Notes under the pieces: model-generated | What the model was told of the DNA's origin: nothing | What the model saw: the letters and a program-made list of their open reading frames with translations, nothing else | The model's database searches: none | From: Acaryochloris marina S15 | GTDB taxonomy: Bacteria > Cyanobacteriota > Cyanobacteriia > Thermosynechococcales > Thermosynechococcaceae | DNA length: 32,000 nt | Assembly: GCF_018336915.1 (NCBI RefSeq) | Contig: NZ_CP064923.1 | Location: forward strand, 690,001-722,000 | Reading direction: 5' to 3' | Part shown: piece after piece, positions 1-7,991 of the stretch | Layout of the letters: every line of letters begins with the position of its first letter | Position numbering within the stretch: the stretch's first letter is position 1 | Position numbers and translations under genes: made by a program

Positions 1-186
1 CGGAGTCTTTGAAGAGGGCGGCTGAGTTTTTGTGGAGTCTGAAGACGGTGTTGAAGTGGATGGGGCTTGTGCCTGGACTCTATCGAGAGTCACTCCGCTT
101 ACTATTGCCAACCCCCAGAGCAGTAAGGTTGAGCCTAAAAGCTGTTTCTTTAGAAGGGTTGGAGTAAAGATAGAATGACGTGCCAT
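1..186 (-). CDS. Partial CDS (N-terminus only, runs off the left edge): putative secreted protein with a signal peptide
   Basis: ATG at 186..184 on the minus strand is followed by 62 stop-free codons to position 1. The translation is MARHSIFTPTLLKKQLLGSTLLLWGLAIVSGVTLDRVQAQAPSTSTPSSDSTKTQPPSSKTP. It shows a basic n-region, a hydrophobic core, a VQA-type cleavage motif and then an S/T/P-rich linker. It is absent from the ORF track because it is incomplete. Confidence 0.4.
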   Translation of the reverse strand, partial: MARHSIFTPTLLKKQLLGSTLLLWGLAIVSGVTLDRVQAQAPSTSTPSSDSTKTQPPSSKTP

Positions 187-436
187 TGCTCTAAAAATAA
201 ACTAGCCAGCGAATATTCTGGCCCTACTATAGCGATATCTGAGTGAAATTACATGAGGAAGTCTTTTTTTCGTCTCAAATGACGTCCATGAGACTGTAGA
301 GTGTTCAGGGGAATCAATTGAAACAATTCATTAAGCATGGGTTTCAAGGCTAAGGGTGGCTGTTCTTTGGGGCTGGTTAGCACATGCTGATATGGTTCAA
401 AATAGAGCACCACATCACCAAAGGGATTTGCAAGCA

Positions 437-1375
437 ATGCGCATATTAATGATGGGCGGAACCCGGTTTATCGGCGTTTATCTCAGCCGGACCTTGGTGG
501 AGCAGGGGCATGAAGTTGTGTTATTCAATCGTGGGAACCACTCGCCTGCAGTGGCAGGCTTAACCCAAATTCAGGGTGATCGCACGGATGCTGACCAACT
601 ACAAGCCAAGCTAGCTCATGAGAAATTTGATGCCATTTTTGATAACAATGGTCGGAAATTATCAGATACTCAGCCCTTAGCTGCGCTCTTTAAGGATCAG
701 GTTCAACACTTTATTTATATGAGTTCGGCGGGAGTCTATCTCAAATCGGATCAAATGCCCCATCGGGAAGACGATCCGACCGATCCGAAAAGTCGCCATC
801 TCGGTAAAGCAGAAGCAGAGACCGATTTAGCTGCTCAAGGTTTGCCCTTCACATCGATTCGCCCTACCTATATCTATGGTCCCCAAAACTACAACGATGT
901 AGAAGCTTGGTTTTTTGACCGGATTGTTCGCCAGCGCCCGATTCCGATTCCTGGCAACGGCCAACATATTACCCAGCTAGGGCATGTCCAAGACTTAGCC
1001 CTAGCAATGGCTGCGGTCCTAGGCAATACTCAAGCGATTGGCCAGATTTATAACGTCAGTGGTGATCGCTATGTCACTTTTGACGGTATTGCTAAAGCTT
1101 GTGCCTTAGCCGTTGGCCAGTCTCCTGATGACTTGAAACTGGTGCATTATGACCCTGCACAGTTTGATTTTGGCAAACGGAAAGCCTTTCCCATGCGTTT
1201 ACAGAACTTCTTCGCTGATATTCATAAGGTATGTGCAGATCTCGACTGGCACCCTCAATATGATCTGGTGAGTGGTCTACAAGATTCTTTTCAAAACGAT
1301 TATCTGACTAGCAAGCGGGATCAAGCGGATATTGATTTCTCGTTAGACGATCAAATCTTGGCAGCAGCGACCTGA
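437..1375 (+). CDS. NAD-dependent epimerase/dehydratase family protein (cyanobacterial CSP41-like)
   Basis: ORF 356..1375. The likely true start is the ATG at 437 (MRILMMGGTRFIGVYLS), which places the Rossmann GxxGxxG motif at the N-terminus. The sequence resembles the CSP41-like cyanobacterial family over its full length. Confidence 0.85.
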   Translation: MRILMMGGTRFIGVYLSRTLVEQGHEVVLFNRGNHSPAVAGLTQIQGDRTDADQLQAKLAHEKFDAIFDNNGRKLSDTQPLAALFKDQVQHFIYMSSAGVYLKSDQMPHREDDPTDPKSRHLGKAEAETDLAAQGLPFTSIRPTYIYGPQNYNDVEAWFFDRIVRQRPIPIPGNGQHITQLGHVQDLALAMAAVLGNTQAIGQIYNVSGDRYVTFDGIAKACALAVGQSPDDLKLVHYDPAQFDFGKRKAFPMRLQNFFADIHKVCADLDWHPQYDLVSGLQDSFQNDYLTSKRDQADIDFSLDDQILAAAT

Positions 1376-1389
1376 TTATATACAGCTAC

Positions 1390-1437
1390 TTCACACCTAA
1401 AAATTGAGGTGTCATATCATCAATTTTTAGGTGTGAA
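1390..1437. terminator. Hairpin with perfect 18-bp arms between convergent genes; candidate bidirectional terminator
   Basis: TTCACACCTAAAAATTGA (1390..1407) and TCAATTTTTAGGTGTGAA (1420..1437) are exact reverse complements around a 12-nt loop. The hairpin lies between the stop at 1375 (+) and the stop at 1451 (-). Confidence 0.5.
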
Positions 1438-1450
1438 AAGGCGAGTTGCC

Positions 1451-2533
1451 CTAGTCTCCTAGGTAGATGCCTAGCCCTCTGGCCGTTTTTACGAGTGTCC
1501 CAGTGGGATCGACGGCTCGGTAATGTGCGATCGCATCTTCAATCGGAACGCTCATAACCTGACGGTTTTGCCAAGTCACCATGTGATCAAAATGGCCTTC
1601 AGCAATCAGATCGACGGCCGCGACCCCAAATGCTGCCCCAATCAAGCGGTCGGAGGGAGATGGCATGCCGCCTCGCTGGACATGACCCAAAACGGTCACC
1701 CGTGTTTCGGCCACATGCCGGCTACAAATTTGTTCGGATAGATACTGGCCGATCCCACCCAGACGGCATTCGCCTAGTCCATCCGTATGAGTTAATGGGT
1801 CTCCGCCCTCAGTCCGCACAGCCTCAGCCACCACAATCAGAGAATAGTTTTTCCCCTTACTCTGACGTTCTTTGATTTTGGCGCAGACATTCTCAATGGT
1901 GTAGGGAATTTCAGGAATCAAGATGATATCAGCGCCTCCAGCAATACCAGCACTGATGGCAATATGTCCTGCATCTCGACCCATCACCTCCAGGATAATG
2001 ACACGGCTATGGCTGGCTGCAGTAAACTGCAAGCGATCTAAGGCTTCTGTGGCAATATTGACGGCGGTGTCAAACCCCACAGAGCGTTCTGTAACCCCCA
2101 CATCATTGTCAATGGTTTTGGGGATGCCCACCAAGTTCCAATTACCCTGTTGGGCTAGTTTTCGTAAGATGGCAATGCTGCCGTCTCCCCCAATACCGAT
2201 CAGAGCGTCCAATCCAAGTTTGCGATATCCCGCAATCATATCTTCAGAGCGATCGATCAACGTGCCATCTGGCATTGGGAAAGCAAAAGGATTTCCCTTA
2301 TTTGTGGTGCCTAACATGGTCCCTCCTGCTGTGAGCAAAGGACTCATCTGTTGAGGTTGAAGCGTCACTGCTGCGGGTGGATCTTTCAATAAACCATGAG
2401 TGGCTTGTTGAATCCCGATCACCTCCCAACCATAATGTTCAACAGCTCGAAGCACCACTGCTCGAATGGTTGGGTTGAGCCCCGCACAATCACCACCACT
2501 GGTCAGAATACCGACCCGTTTTGTATCACCCAT
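1451..2533 (-). CDS. pfkA: ATP-dependent 6-phosphofructokinase
   Basis: 360 aa. The N-terminus reads RVGILTSGGDCAGLNPTIRAVV, with GIGGDGS and PKTIDND motifs typical of the PFK family. Confidence 0.95.
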   Translation of the reverse strand: MGDTKRVGILTSGGDCAGLNPTIRAVVLRAVEHYGWEVIGIQQATHGLLKDPPAAVTLQPQQMSPLLTAGGTMLGTTNKGNPFAFPMPDGTLIDRSEDMIAGYRKLGLDALIGIGGDGSIAILRKLAQQGNWNLVGIPKTIDNDVGVTERSVGFDTAVNIATEALDRLQFTAASHSRVIILEVMGRDAGHIAISAGIAGGADIILIPEIPYTIENVCAKIKERQSKGKNYSLIVVAEAVRTEGGDPLTHTDGLGECRLGGIGQYLSEQICSRHVAETRVTVLGHVQRGGMPSPSDRLIGAAFGVAAVDLIAEGHFDHMVTWQNRQVMSVPIEDAIAHYRAVDPTGTLVKTARGLGIYLGD

Positions 2534-2738
2534 ATTTACTCACTATGACCCAGAGGATTGGTATTAAAGATAGATGTAACCTAAACCATAGAGTGCAGGA
2601 TCATAGGGAAATCAAGGTTGAATTTATCTTTGTCAGGGAAAGTTCAAGCCCCTCACTCATGATCAGCGAGGAATAAGGTAACGGTTCCTCGTTCCGACCT
2701 AAATTTGTCGACTCATCCGACTTGTCTGTATACTCAAG

Positions 2739-2754
2739 TAGTACAGGTGTTTTA
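2739..2754 (+). promoter_or_regulatory. Candidate LexA operator upstream of lexA
   Basis: TAGTACAGGTGTTTTA contains AGTACAGGTGTTTT. This fits the reported cyanobacterial LexA-box consensus RGTACNNNDGTWCB with one mismatch (T for C). It overlaps a CTGTA-N11-TACAG inverted repeat (2726..2746), about 90 nt upstream of the lexA start. Confidence 0.45.
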
Positions 2755-2843
2755 TTAATTCTTCTTTATGCTGATGGGCATAAAGAATATAGAACTCTGT
2801 ATCAGAAAATTTTGACTTGATGTGCGTTAGGGCTGGATCAATC

Positions 2844-3464
2844 GTGGAACCTTTATCAAAAGCTCAACAAGAATTATTTGATTGGTTGGTTCAATTCATT
2901 GATCAACATCAACATGCTCCATCTATTCGGCAGATGATGCAGGCCATGAAGCTCAAATCACCGGCCCCAGTTCAGAGCCGCTTGGATCATTTGCGCAAGA
3001 AAGGCTATGTAGATTGGGAAATTGGGCAAGCCCGGACGTTGCGGATTGTTCACCCGGAGCACTTACAGTCCGATATGGATCAGATTCCGATCCTGGGTGC
3101 GATCGCAGCAGGTGGACTGATTGAGCCATTTGTTGAAGTGGTGGATTCCTTAGAATTCAGCCCTAAACAATTGCCACCCAAATCCTACGCTCTTAGGGTG
3201 AATGGAGACAGCATGATTGATGCGCATATTACGGATGGAGATATCGTGATTATGCGCCCTGTTCAAGAACCGAAGACCATAAAAAATGGAACGATTGTTG
3301 CCGCTAGAGTCGAGGGAGAAGGAACAACTCTAAAGCGATTTCATTTAGAGAGGAATGAAGTCACCCTTGAAGCTGCCAACTTCAAATATCAGCCGATCAA
3401 AGTATTAGCGACACAGGTAGAAATTCAAGGCTCCTTAATCGGAGTATGGCGAAAATATTTTTGA
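2844..3464 (+). CDS. lexA: LexA repressor (S24 peptidase, HTH N-terminus)
   Basis: ORF 2817..3464. By comparison with other cyanobacterial LexA N-termini (ME.L...QQEL..WL) the likely start is the GTG at 2844; 2817 and 2820 are alternatives. It has an AAGG cleavage region, a GDSM catalytic Ser and an LKR catalytic Lys. Confidence 0.9.
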   Translation: MEPLSKAQQELFDWLVQFIDQHQHAPSIRQMMQAMKLKSPAPVQSRLDHLRKKGYVDWEIGQARTLRIVHPEHLQSDMDQIPILGAIAAGGLIEPFVEVVDSLEFSPKQLPPKSYALRVNGDSMIDAHITDGDIVIMRPVQEPKTIKNGTIVAARVEGEGTTLKRFHLERNEVTLEAANFKYQPIKVLATQVEIQGSLIGVWRKYF

Positions 3465-3503
3465 AGTATTGGACATATAAGTGCGTCTTAAGCCAGAAAA
3501 GGA

Positions 3504-3800
3504 TTATGACACCATCCGGAGTTTGGCAATCCACATATCTGATGGATCACTATAATAGTCGATTTCATCAATTCGATACTCTGACTGCTGACCAGTGTCG
3601 CAGATGTGAATCACATCTCCTTTACGAACATTGGCCTTACAAGAGGTCATGAAAAAACCAGATTGATCGGGGGCCGCTTCGATGCAAAAATCGCTAGACA
3701 AGGCAGAGTGTTCGTAGCGATGAACTCTGCTCTTGTGCGAGCGAACTGGTACATTCCAGCGTGGAGATGAGATGGGCTGATGGAATTGTGTAAACACCAT
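3504..3800 (-). CDS. Hypothetical protein (weak call)
   Basis: 98-aa ORF with no recognisable family. It overlaps an opposite-strand 68-aa ORF (3446..3652). An internal Met (MTSCKANVRKGD...) would give an alternative 48-aa product. Confidence 0.25.
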   Translation of the reverse strand: MVFTQFHQPISSPRWNVPVRSHKSRVHRYEHSALSSDFCIEAAPDQSGFFMTSCKANVRKGDVIHICDTGQQSEYRIDEIDYYSDPSDMWIAKLRMVS

Positions 3801-4055
3801 AATGGCAAAGATCCCCCGAAAACCTAAATCGGTTCAATATGACTTACATTATCATACTTGTCAGATAATTTTATGATAAATAGTCTGTCTTACTTGACCT
3901 AACACCTCAATGAACATGCTGTGATTGAGAAACGGTTGTAACAATACTGTTAGCGACCTAAATCCATTTGAATCAAGACTCAGCAGTAGTTAGAGAGCGC
4001 TATTTAAAACCTGATCCTAGTAGTATTTACTTCATTTTGTCTGTATCAGACCTAT

Positions 4056-4082
4056 ATTTTTAGTCAGATTCTGACTAAAAAT
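4056..4082. repeat. 27-bp perfect palindrome
   Basis: ATTTTTAGTCAGA-T-TCTGACTAAAAAT: 13-bp arms are exact reverse complements around a single central T. Confidence 0.9.
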
Positions 4083-4089
4083 CATGACT

Positions 4090-4123
4090 TAATATGACTT
4101 TATGGATAATATGACTTTACGGA
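4090..4123 (+). repeat. Tandem 17-bp direct repeat (2 copies, 16/17 identical), iteron-like
   Basis: TAATATGACTTTATGGA (4090..4106) and TAATATGACTTTACGGA (4107..4123). Related ATGACTT cores occur at 4084..4090 and at 3839..3845 (AATATGACTTA). Confidence 0.85.
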
Positions 4124-4154
4124 ACGCAGCAACTGTTAAGGTGCAATACCAGCA

Positions 4155-4163
4155 ATTACAACC
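4155..4163. repeat. Target-site duplication, left copy (ATTACAACC)
   Basis: The identical 9-mer ATTACAACC directly abuts both outer ends of the IS (4155..4163 and 5650..5658). Confidence 0.8.
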
Positions 4164-5649
4164 GGGCGTATTTAGCGGATCGGGGATGCCTTAGTTTTCG
4201 GAATGGTCACCTCTGGGAATAAGGAGTCAAACCGTTCATTGACCCAGGCAATTCTCAAGATCAGTAAATGGTTGAAACCATCCTCACTCCAGCGCATGCC
4301 AACTCCCTTAAAGCGCTGCTGAATCAACCACTTGCATGCACTTTCAACCATTCCTGACCCGAGAGGAATCTGTTGCTGTTCAAAGTGCCGATAACGGATG
4401 TGGTTATGATGGCGTTGGAAATAAGCCTGCACCTGGAGCAACGTTGAAAAAGACTTTCCCGTTAACAGTTGTGAGTGAATCAATATCGTCAAGGACCGTA
4501 ATACAAGTAGGTGTTGCCCGTGTCGCAATTGGTGTCGCCAGTGCCGGAACCAGGCTTGGGCTTGAGCAGAGCGGGCATCTCCAAACATCGCTTTAGTTGC
4601 TCGTGCCAGATGGCCTGCTGAATGAAAAAAGTCGAGGACTGCCACAGCACAATGAGAGAACAAGGTGCGATAGACTCGCCAGAAGCCTCGTCCCCCATCA
4701 CTGAGCCAGATGACTTTTGGAGCAGATTCAAAGTCTTGTTTGTGAGCTTCGAGTTGAAGTAAAGGGATGAACTGGTCGATATCGCCCAATACTGCCACCA
4801 GTCTTCGACGCAGTAATTGGGGGACCTCCTTTTTAGCTCGGGTAACCCGTGTTCCCAGGCGAGCTAAGATGGCGACTTTGACTTCTCGCCACTGGATTTT
4901 TCCCTTGGGTGAGTTCGGGGTGGGGCGAAAGGGGACCATCACACCATCGGCGGCAATGGCCAAAGGTAGAGCAGATAACATCTCTGAAATCGCTTCACAA
5001 GGGGCCTGAGTCCCTGATGATTGAGCGTTGAGTTGAGCTTCTAATTCCTGCTGAGCTTTGTTACCCACGGATTGCACCCAGTTCCACAAACTGGATGGAC
5101 TCACGGATAGACCACTCCACTGACCCAGCATCCAACTGGCCAGTTCATAGGGCATGAACAGACTCAACAAGCAGCCCAGACGCACCAGTTCTTCGCTGCT
5201 GTGCTGATAGGGGGCAATCCCAATGGCTTGATCCAGGGGAGTCAACAGACTGCCTGGACATCCTTTGGGACAACGGCCCACCCGTCGCTTTCAAGAGATA
5301 GTGCCTACCAGTGTCTGCATCTGACGAGATTCCCATCCCTTCGAATGTAAGCGGGTTCCGCAGGTAGTACATACAGGCCATACAAATACTGCTTTCGCGC
5401 GCCTTGAGAGTTCATCCTCCAGAAGACAGCGAGCTAGAAACAAGCCCATTTGCAGAACGATATAAACCATCTGACTCAGGCTGGTTGATACTTTGAGTGC
5501 TTCAGTTTGTTCTAGAAATTCGTCATGGGCTAGCACGGTTAGCAATTGCGATGGTAGGGTCATGATAGTTTTTTGGTTCGGGTACAGGATCTATTGTCCT
5601 TGACCCGTTTTTCTTTGAGCCATGCATCCCCGATCCTTTGCTTACGCCC
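4164..5649 (-). mobile_element. Insertion sequence, ISKra4-like, 1486 bp
   Basis: The terminal inverted repeats are GGGCGTATTTAGCGGATCGGGGATGC (4164..4189) and the reverse complement of 5624..5649, GGGCGTAAGCAAAGGATCGGGGATGC. They match at 21 of 26 positions, with the outer 7 and inner 12 perfect. The element is flanked by 9-bp direct repeats and encodes one transposase reading frame. Confidence 0.85.
4172..5563 (-). pseudogene. ISKra4-family transposase interrupted by a single in-frame TGA
   Basis: ORFs 5291..5563 and 4172..5281 are in the same frame. They are separated only by a TGA (5293..5291) and three codons, reading ...TCGTRLHSKGWESRQMQTLVGTIS*KRRVGRCPKGCPGS... The Cys-rich CxxC...RRVGRCP.GC region is typical of ISKra4-like transposases. 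A TGG (Trp) to TGA change is plausible. Confidence 0.8.
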
Positions 5650-5658
5650 ATTACAACC
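5650..5658. repeat. Target-site duplication, right copy (ATTACAACC)
   Basis: Same 9-mer as 4155..4163, directly abutting the right inverted repeat. Confidence 0.8.
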
Positions 5659-5830
5659 CCTACTGAGGGTATTGTGGGTTGCCTAACTTGAGTAGGGGAA
5701 CAATTTCACGGGTAACCTTATCTAAAACTTGTGGGAATACACAGCTAATTGATCGCTTGACTGTTCCGGGGGACTGTGATTAGCATCACAAACTCATGAA
5801 CTTAGTCGTTGTAGAGTCAAATAACCAAAA

Positions 5831-5852
5831 GTTTGGCCTTATAAGGCCAAAC
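5831..5852 (-). terminator. 22-bp perfect palindrome; intrinsic-terminator-like on the minus strand, with no associated gene
   Basis: GTTTGGCCTTATAAGGCCAAAC is a perfect palindrome. On the minus strand it is followed immediately by TTTTGGTTATTT. On the plus strand a T5 run lies 8 nt downstream. Confidence 0.4.
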
Positions 5853-6479
5853 GATATTGTTTTTGGATAAGTCAAGAGTCGTTTTGCCACTTATCAACTG
5901 TTAGTAATCTTCTTCAACAAAGAGTGCTGCCAGCAAATCTAGTGTAGAATTGTTAAAAAAAAGTAAATAAAGTAAAATATTGCATAAATTACTAATGCAA
6001 TGCAGATTACTTTATAAGTCTGTGCACTTAGTACTTATGTGGTTTTCCGGTTCTTTTCATCATCTATGAATTAATAGAAAAGGATCGATTCTCTATTTAT
6101 ACCTTTGGAAAAATGGGGAAGTTTGTTAGCTTCGTTAGGATTGATGATTCCCAAGTAATGGCTTGTTCTCTCTGAATAAATGTGCTAGAAACCATAGCTG
6201 ATTTTTCAGGATGCTGCATCTTTAGATCCTAGATTCTAGAGATACGAAGGAATGACTGTTGATTGAGAAAAAATAGCCTGATTAGAGTTGATGAATTAGA
6301 AAAAATAAGTAGCATAAATATTTATTATTCGCTGACGTAATTTTGAATGGCTAACTTGGGAAAACTAATAAGGGGGGGATAGACCATCTATGTTCGGTCT
6401 CGGTAAAGGTTGGGTTAGCAAGTACCCGGCCAATCATTTTTATCTCCAACAATAGGCTATTCAGAATAGTCAAAATATT

Positions 6480-7931
6480 ATGTATAACGGCGCTCGCAAC
6501 TTTATCAATGACACAACTCCAACTCCAGCAAAAGTAGCTGATCCCCTTTATCTAGTGCCTTCTCTCCCACAAGGACAACCGGAGTCTAAGCAAGCCTACT
6601 TAATTCTGCAGCGCCTTTTTCCAAATGCGGAACTGAGTAATATCCAAACCACTGTTTTTCTGCAGGCTTGGCAGGGAAAAACCTATCAACAAATCGCTCA
6701 AAGTACGGGCTATGATGCTGACTACATCAAAGATGTTGGCCATAAATTGTGGCGAAAATTGTCAGAACTTTTGGGAGAGTCTTTATCTAAGCATAATTTT
6801 TGCTCAATTCTCAGGCGTCGATACCAGCAGTTGGAAGATGCTGAACTGGCTCAGGTGTCTCATACTGGCGGAGTGAGGACGATGCAATCTCACAAGTCGA
6901 AAAGAGAATCAGGACGTTCATTACCCATGTGTGATTGGGGAGAGGCTGCGGCAGTGCCTGTGTTTGTGGGGCGGCAGTTTGTACTCACTCAGCTGAAGCG
7001 ATGGATTATTGAAGATCACAATCGCCTCATTGGTATCTTCGGGTTGGGTGGTGTAGGTAAAACGGCCCTCGCAGTGAAATGTGTTGAACAGGTTCAAAGT
7101 CTTTTTGACTGCGTTATTTGGCGGTCTTTAAGAGATCAACCAGATTTTGACGCTCTGATGATGGATTTACTGCAGTCCATCACTGGCCAAGAAGATCTTG
7201 AGTTACCGGATACTGCTCAAGATAAAGTAACGCTTTTGCTTGCGTACTTGAACGAGCACCGTTGCCTTCTGGTGTTAGATGATTGGTTTTCTGTATTGCA
7301 GGGGCATGAGTTAGCGGGTAGCTATCAAGAAGGCTGTGAGACCTATGGTTTACTCCTAAGGCGGATTAGTGAAAGTCGACATAATAGCTGTGTCTTAATT
7401 ACTAGCCGAGAACAACCTTCTGGCTTGGCGTTTACTGATAATGAAGCCTTCCCGAGCCGAACACTTTATCTAGATGGATTAGACCAAGAATCAGGTCAAG
7501 AAGCCTTGAAAGCTTTTGGTCTAGAGGCTTCTGATGACTGTTCTGATGTTTTACTAGAGCGTTATACCGGCAATCCTTTAGCGTTGCGCATTGCGGTGAA
7601 AACCATCGTTGACTTTTTTGCTGGGAATGTCCCTCAATTCTTGGATAGAGATGAGTTGATTTATGGGGATATCAGACGGCTATTGTTACAGCAATTTGGG
7701 CGTCTTTCTAAATTAGAGATGTCCATTATGAAAAGTCTAGCAAGCCTGGATACTCCTGGATCTTTAGCAGATATTGCTCAGGATATTTCCTTAGAGGAAA
7801 GTGATTTATTACTAGATGCATTGGAGTCTTTACATCGCCGTTCTTTTATCTGGAAGCAAAACGGTCGTATTAGCGTACCCCAGCTTCTCAAAGAATATAT
7901 TCAAGCATCCAACAAATTAGGTAGAGCTTAG
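6480..7931 (+). CDS. STAND NTPase: N-terminal LuxR/sigma70-region-4-like HTH + NB-ARC + winged helix, no C-terminal repeat domain
   Basis: 483 aa. The HTH-like segment is LSNIQTTVFLQAWQGKTYQQIAQSTGYDADYIKDVGHKLWRKL (aa ~52-94). Walker A is GLGGVGKT (7041..7064) and Walker B is LLVLDD (7266..7283). ITSRE and GNPLAL (a GxP motif) are typical of NB-ARC. The protein ends just after a winged-helix-like LESLHRRSFI segment. Confidence 0.85.
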   Translation: MYNGARNFINDTTPTPAKVADPLYLVPSLPQGQPESKQAYLILQRLFPNAELSNIQTTVFLQAWQGKTYQQIAQSTGYDADYIKDVGHKLWRKLSELLGESLSKHNFCSILRRRYQQLEDAELAQVSHTGGVRTMQSHKSKRESGRSLPMCDWGEAAAVPVFVGRQFVLTQLKRWIIEDHNRLIGIFGLGGVGKTALAVKCVEQVQSLFDCVIWRSLRDQPDFDALMMDLLQSITGQEDLELPDTAQDKVTLLLAYLNEHRCLLVLDDWFSVLQGHELAGSYQEGCETYGLLLRRISESRHNSCVLITSREQPSGLAFTDNEAFPSRTLYLDGLDQESGQEALKAFGLEASDDCSDVLLERYTGNPLALRIAVKTIVDFFAGNVPQFLDRDELIYGDIRRLLLQQFGRLSKLEMSIMKSLASLDTPGSLADIAQDISLEESDLLLDALESLHRRSFIWKQNGRISVPQLLKEYIQASNKLGRA

Positions 7932-7955
7932 GAGCATTCCTCGATCGCCGCTTAT

Positions 7956-7991
7956 AGGGTCCTCGGCAATAAGTTAATTGACGAGGACCCT
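7956..7991 (+). terminator. Hairpin downstream of the STAND gene (10-bp stem, 16-nt loop)
   Basis: AGGGTCCTCG (7956..7965) and CGAGGACCCT (7982..7991) are exact reverse complements. The hairpin starts 25 nt after the stop. The trailing T-run is weak (TCTGGTGTC). Confidence 0.4.

Noticed and set aside
3-167. Plus-strand frame open from the left edge to a TAA at 165..167 (possible 3' end of a gene)
   Set aside because: The overlapping minus-strand frame (1..186) begins with ATG and has a convincing signal-peptide layout. The plus-strand peptide has no recognisable features, and both cannot easily be real.
249-437. 62-aa minus-strand ORF in the epimerase upstream region
   Set aside because: It overlaps the promoter and 5' end of the epimerase gene, shows no family resemblance, and its composition does not look like coding sequence.
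1523-2354. Three plus-strand ORFs (1523..1741, 1630..1875, 1923..2354) of 72-143 aa
   Set aside because: They lie entirely antisense within the well-supported pfkA gene. Their translations are low-complexity and Pro/Arg/Ser-rich, typical of shadow ORFs.
4336-5381. ORFs 4336..4596, 4489..4731, 4767..5009 and 5145..5381 inside the IS
   Set aside because: They are alternative-frame or antisense ORFs overlapping the transposase frame. They show no family resemblance and are explained by the transposase pseudogene.
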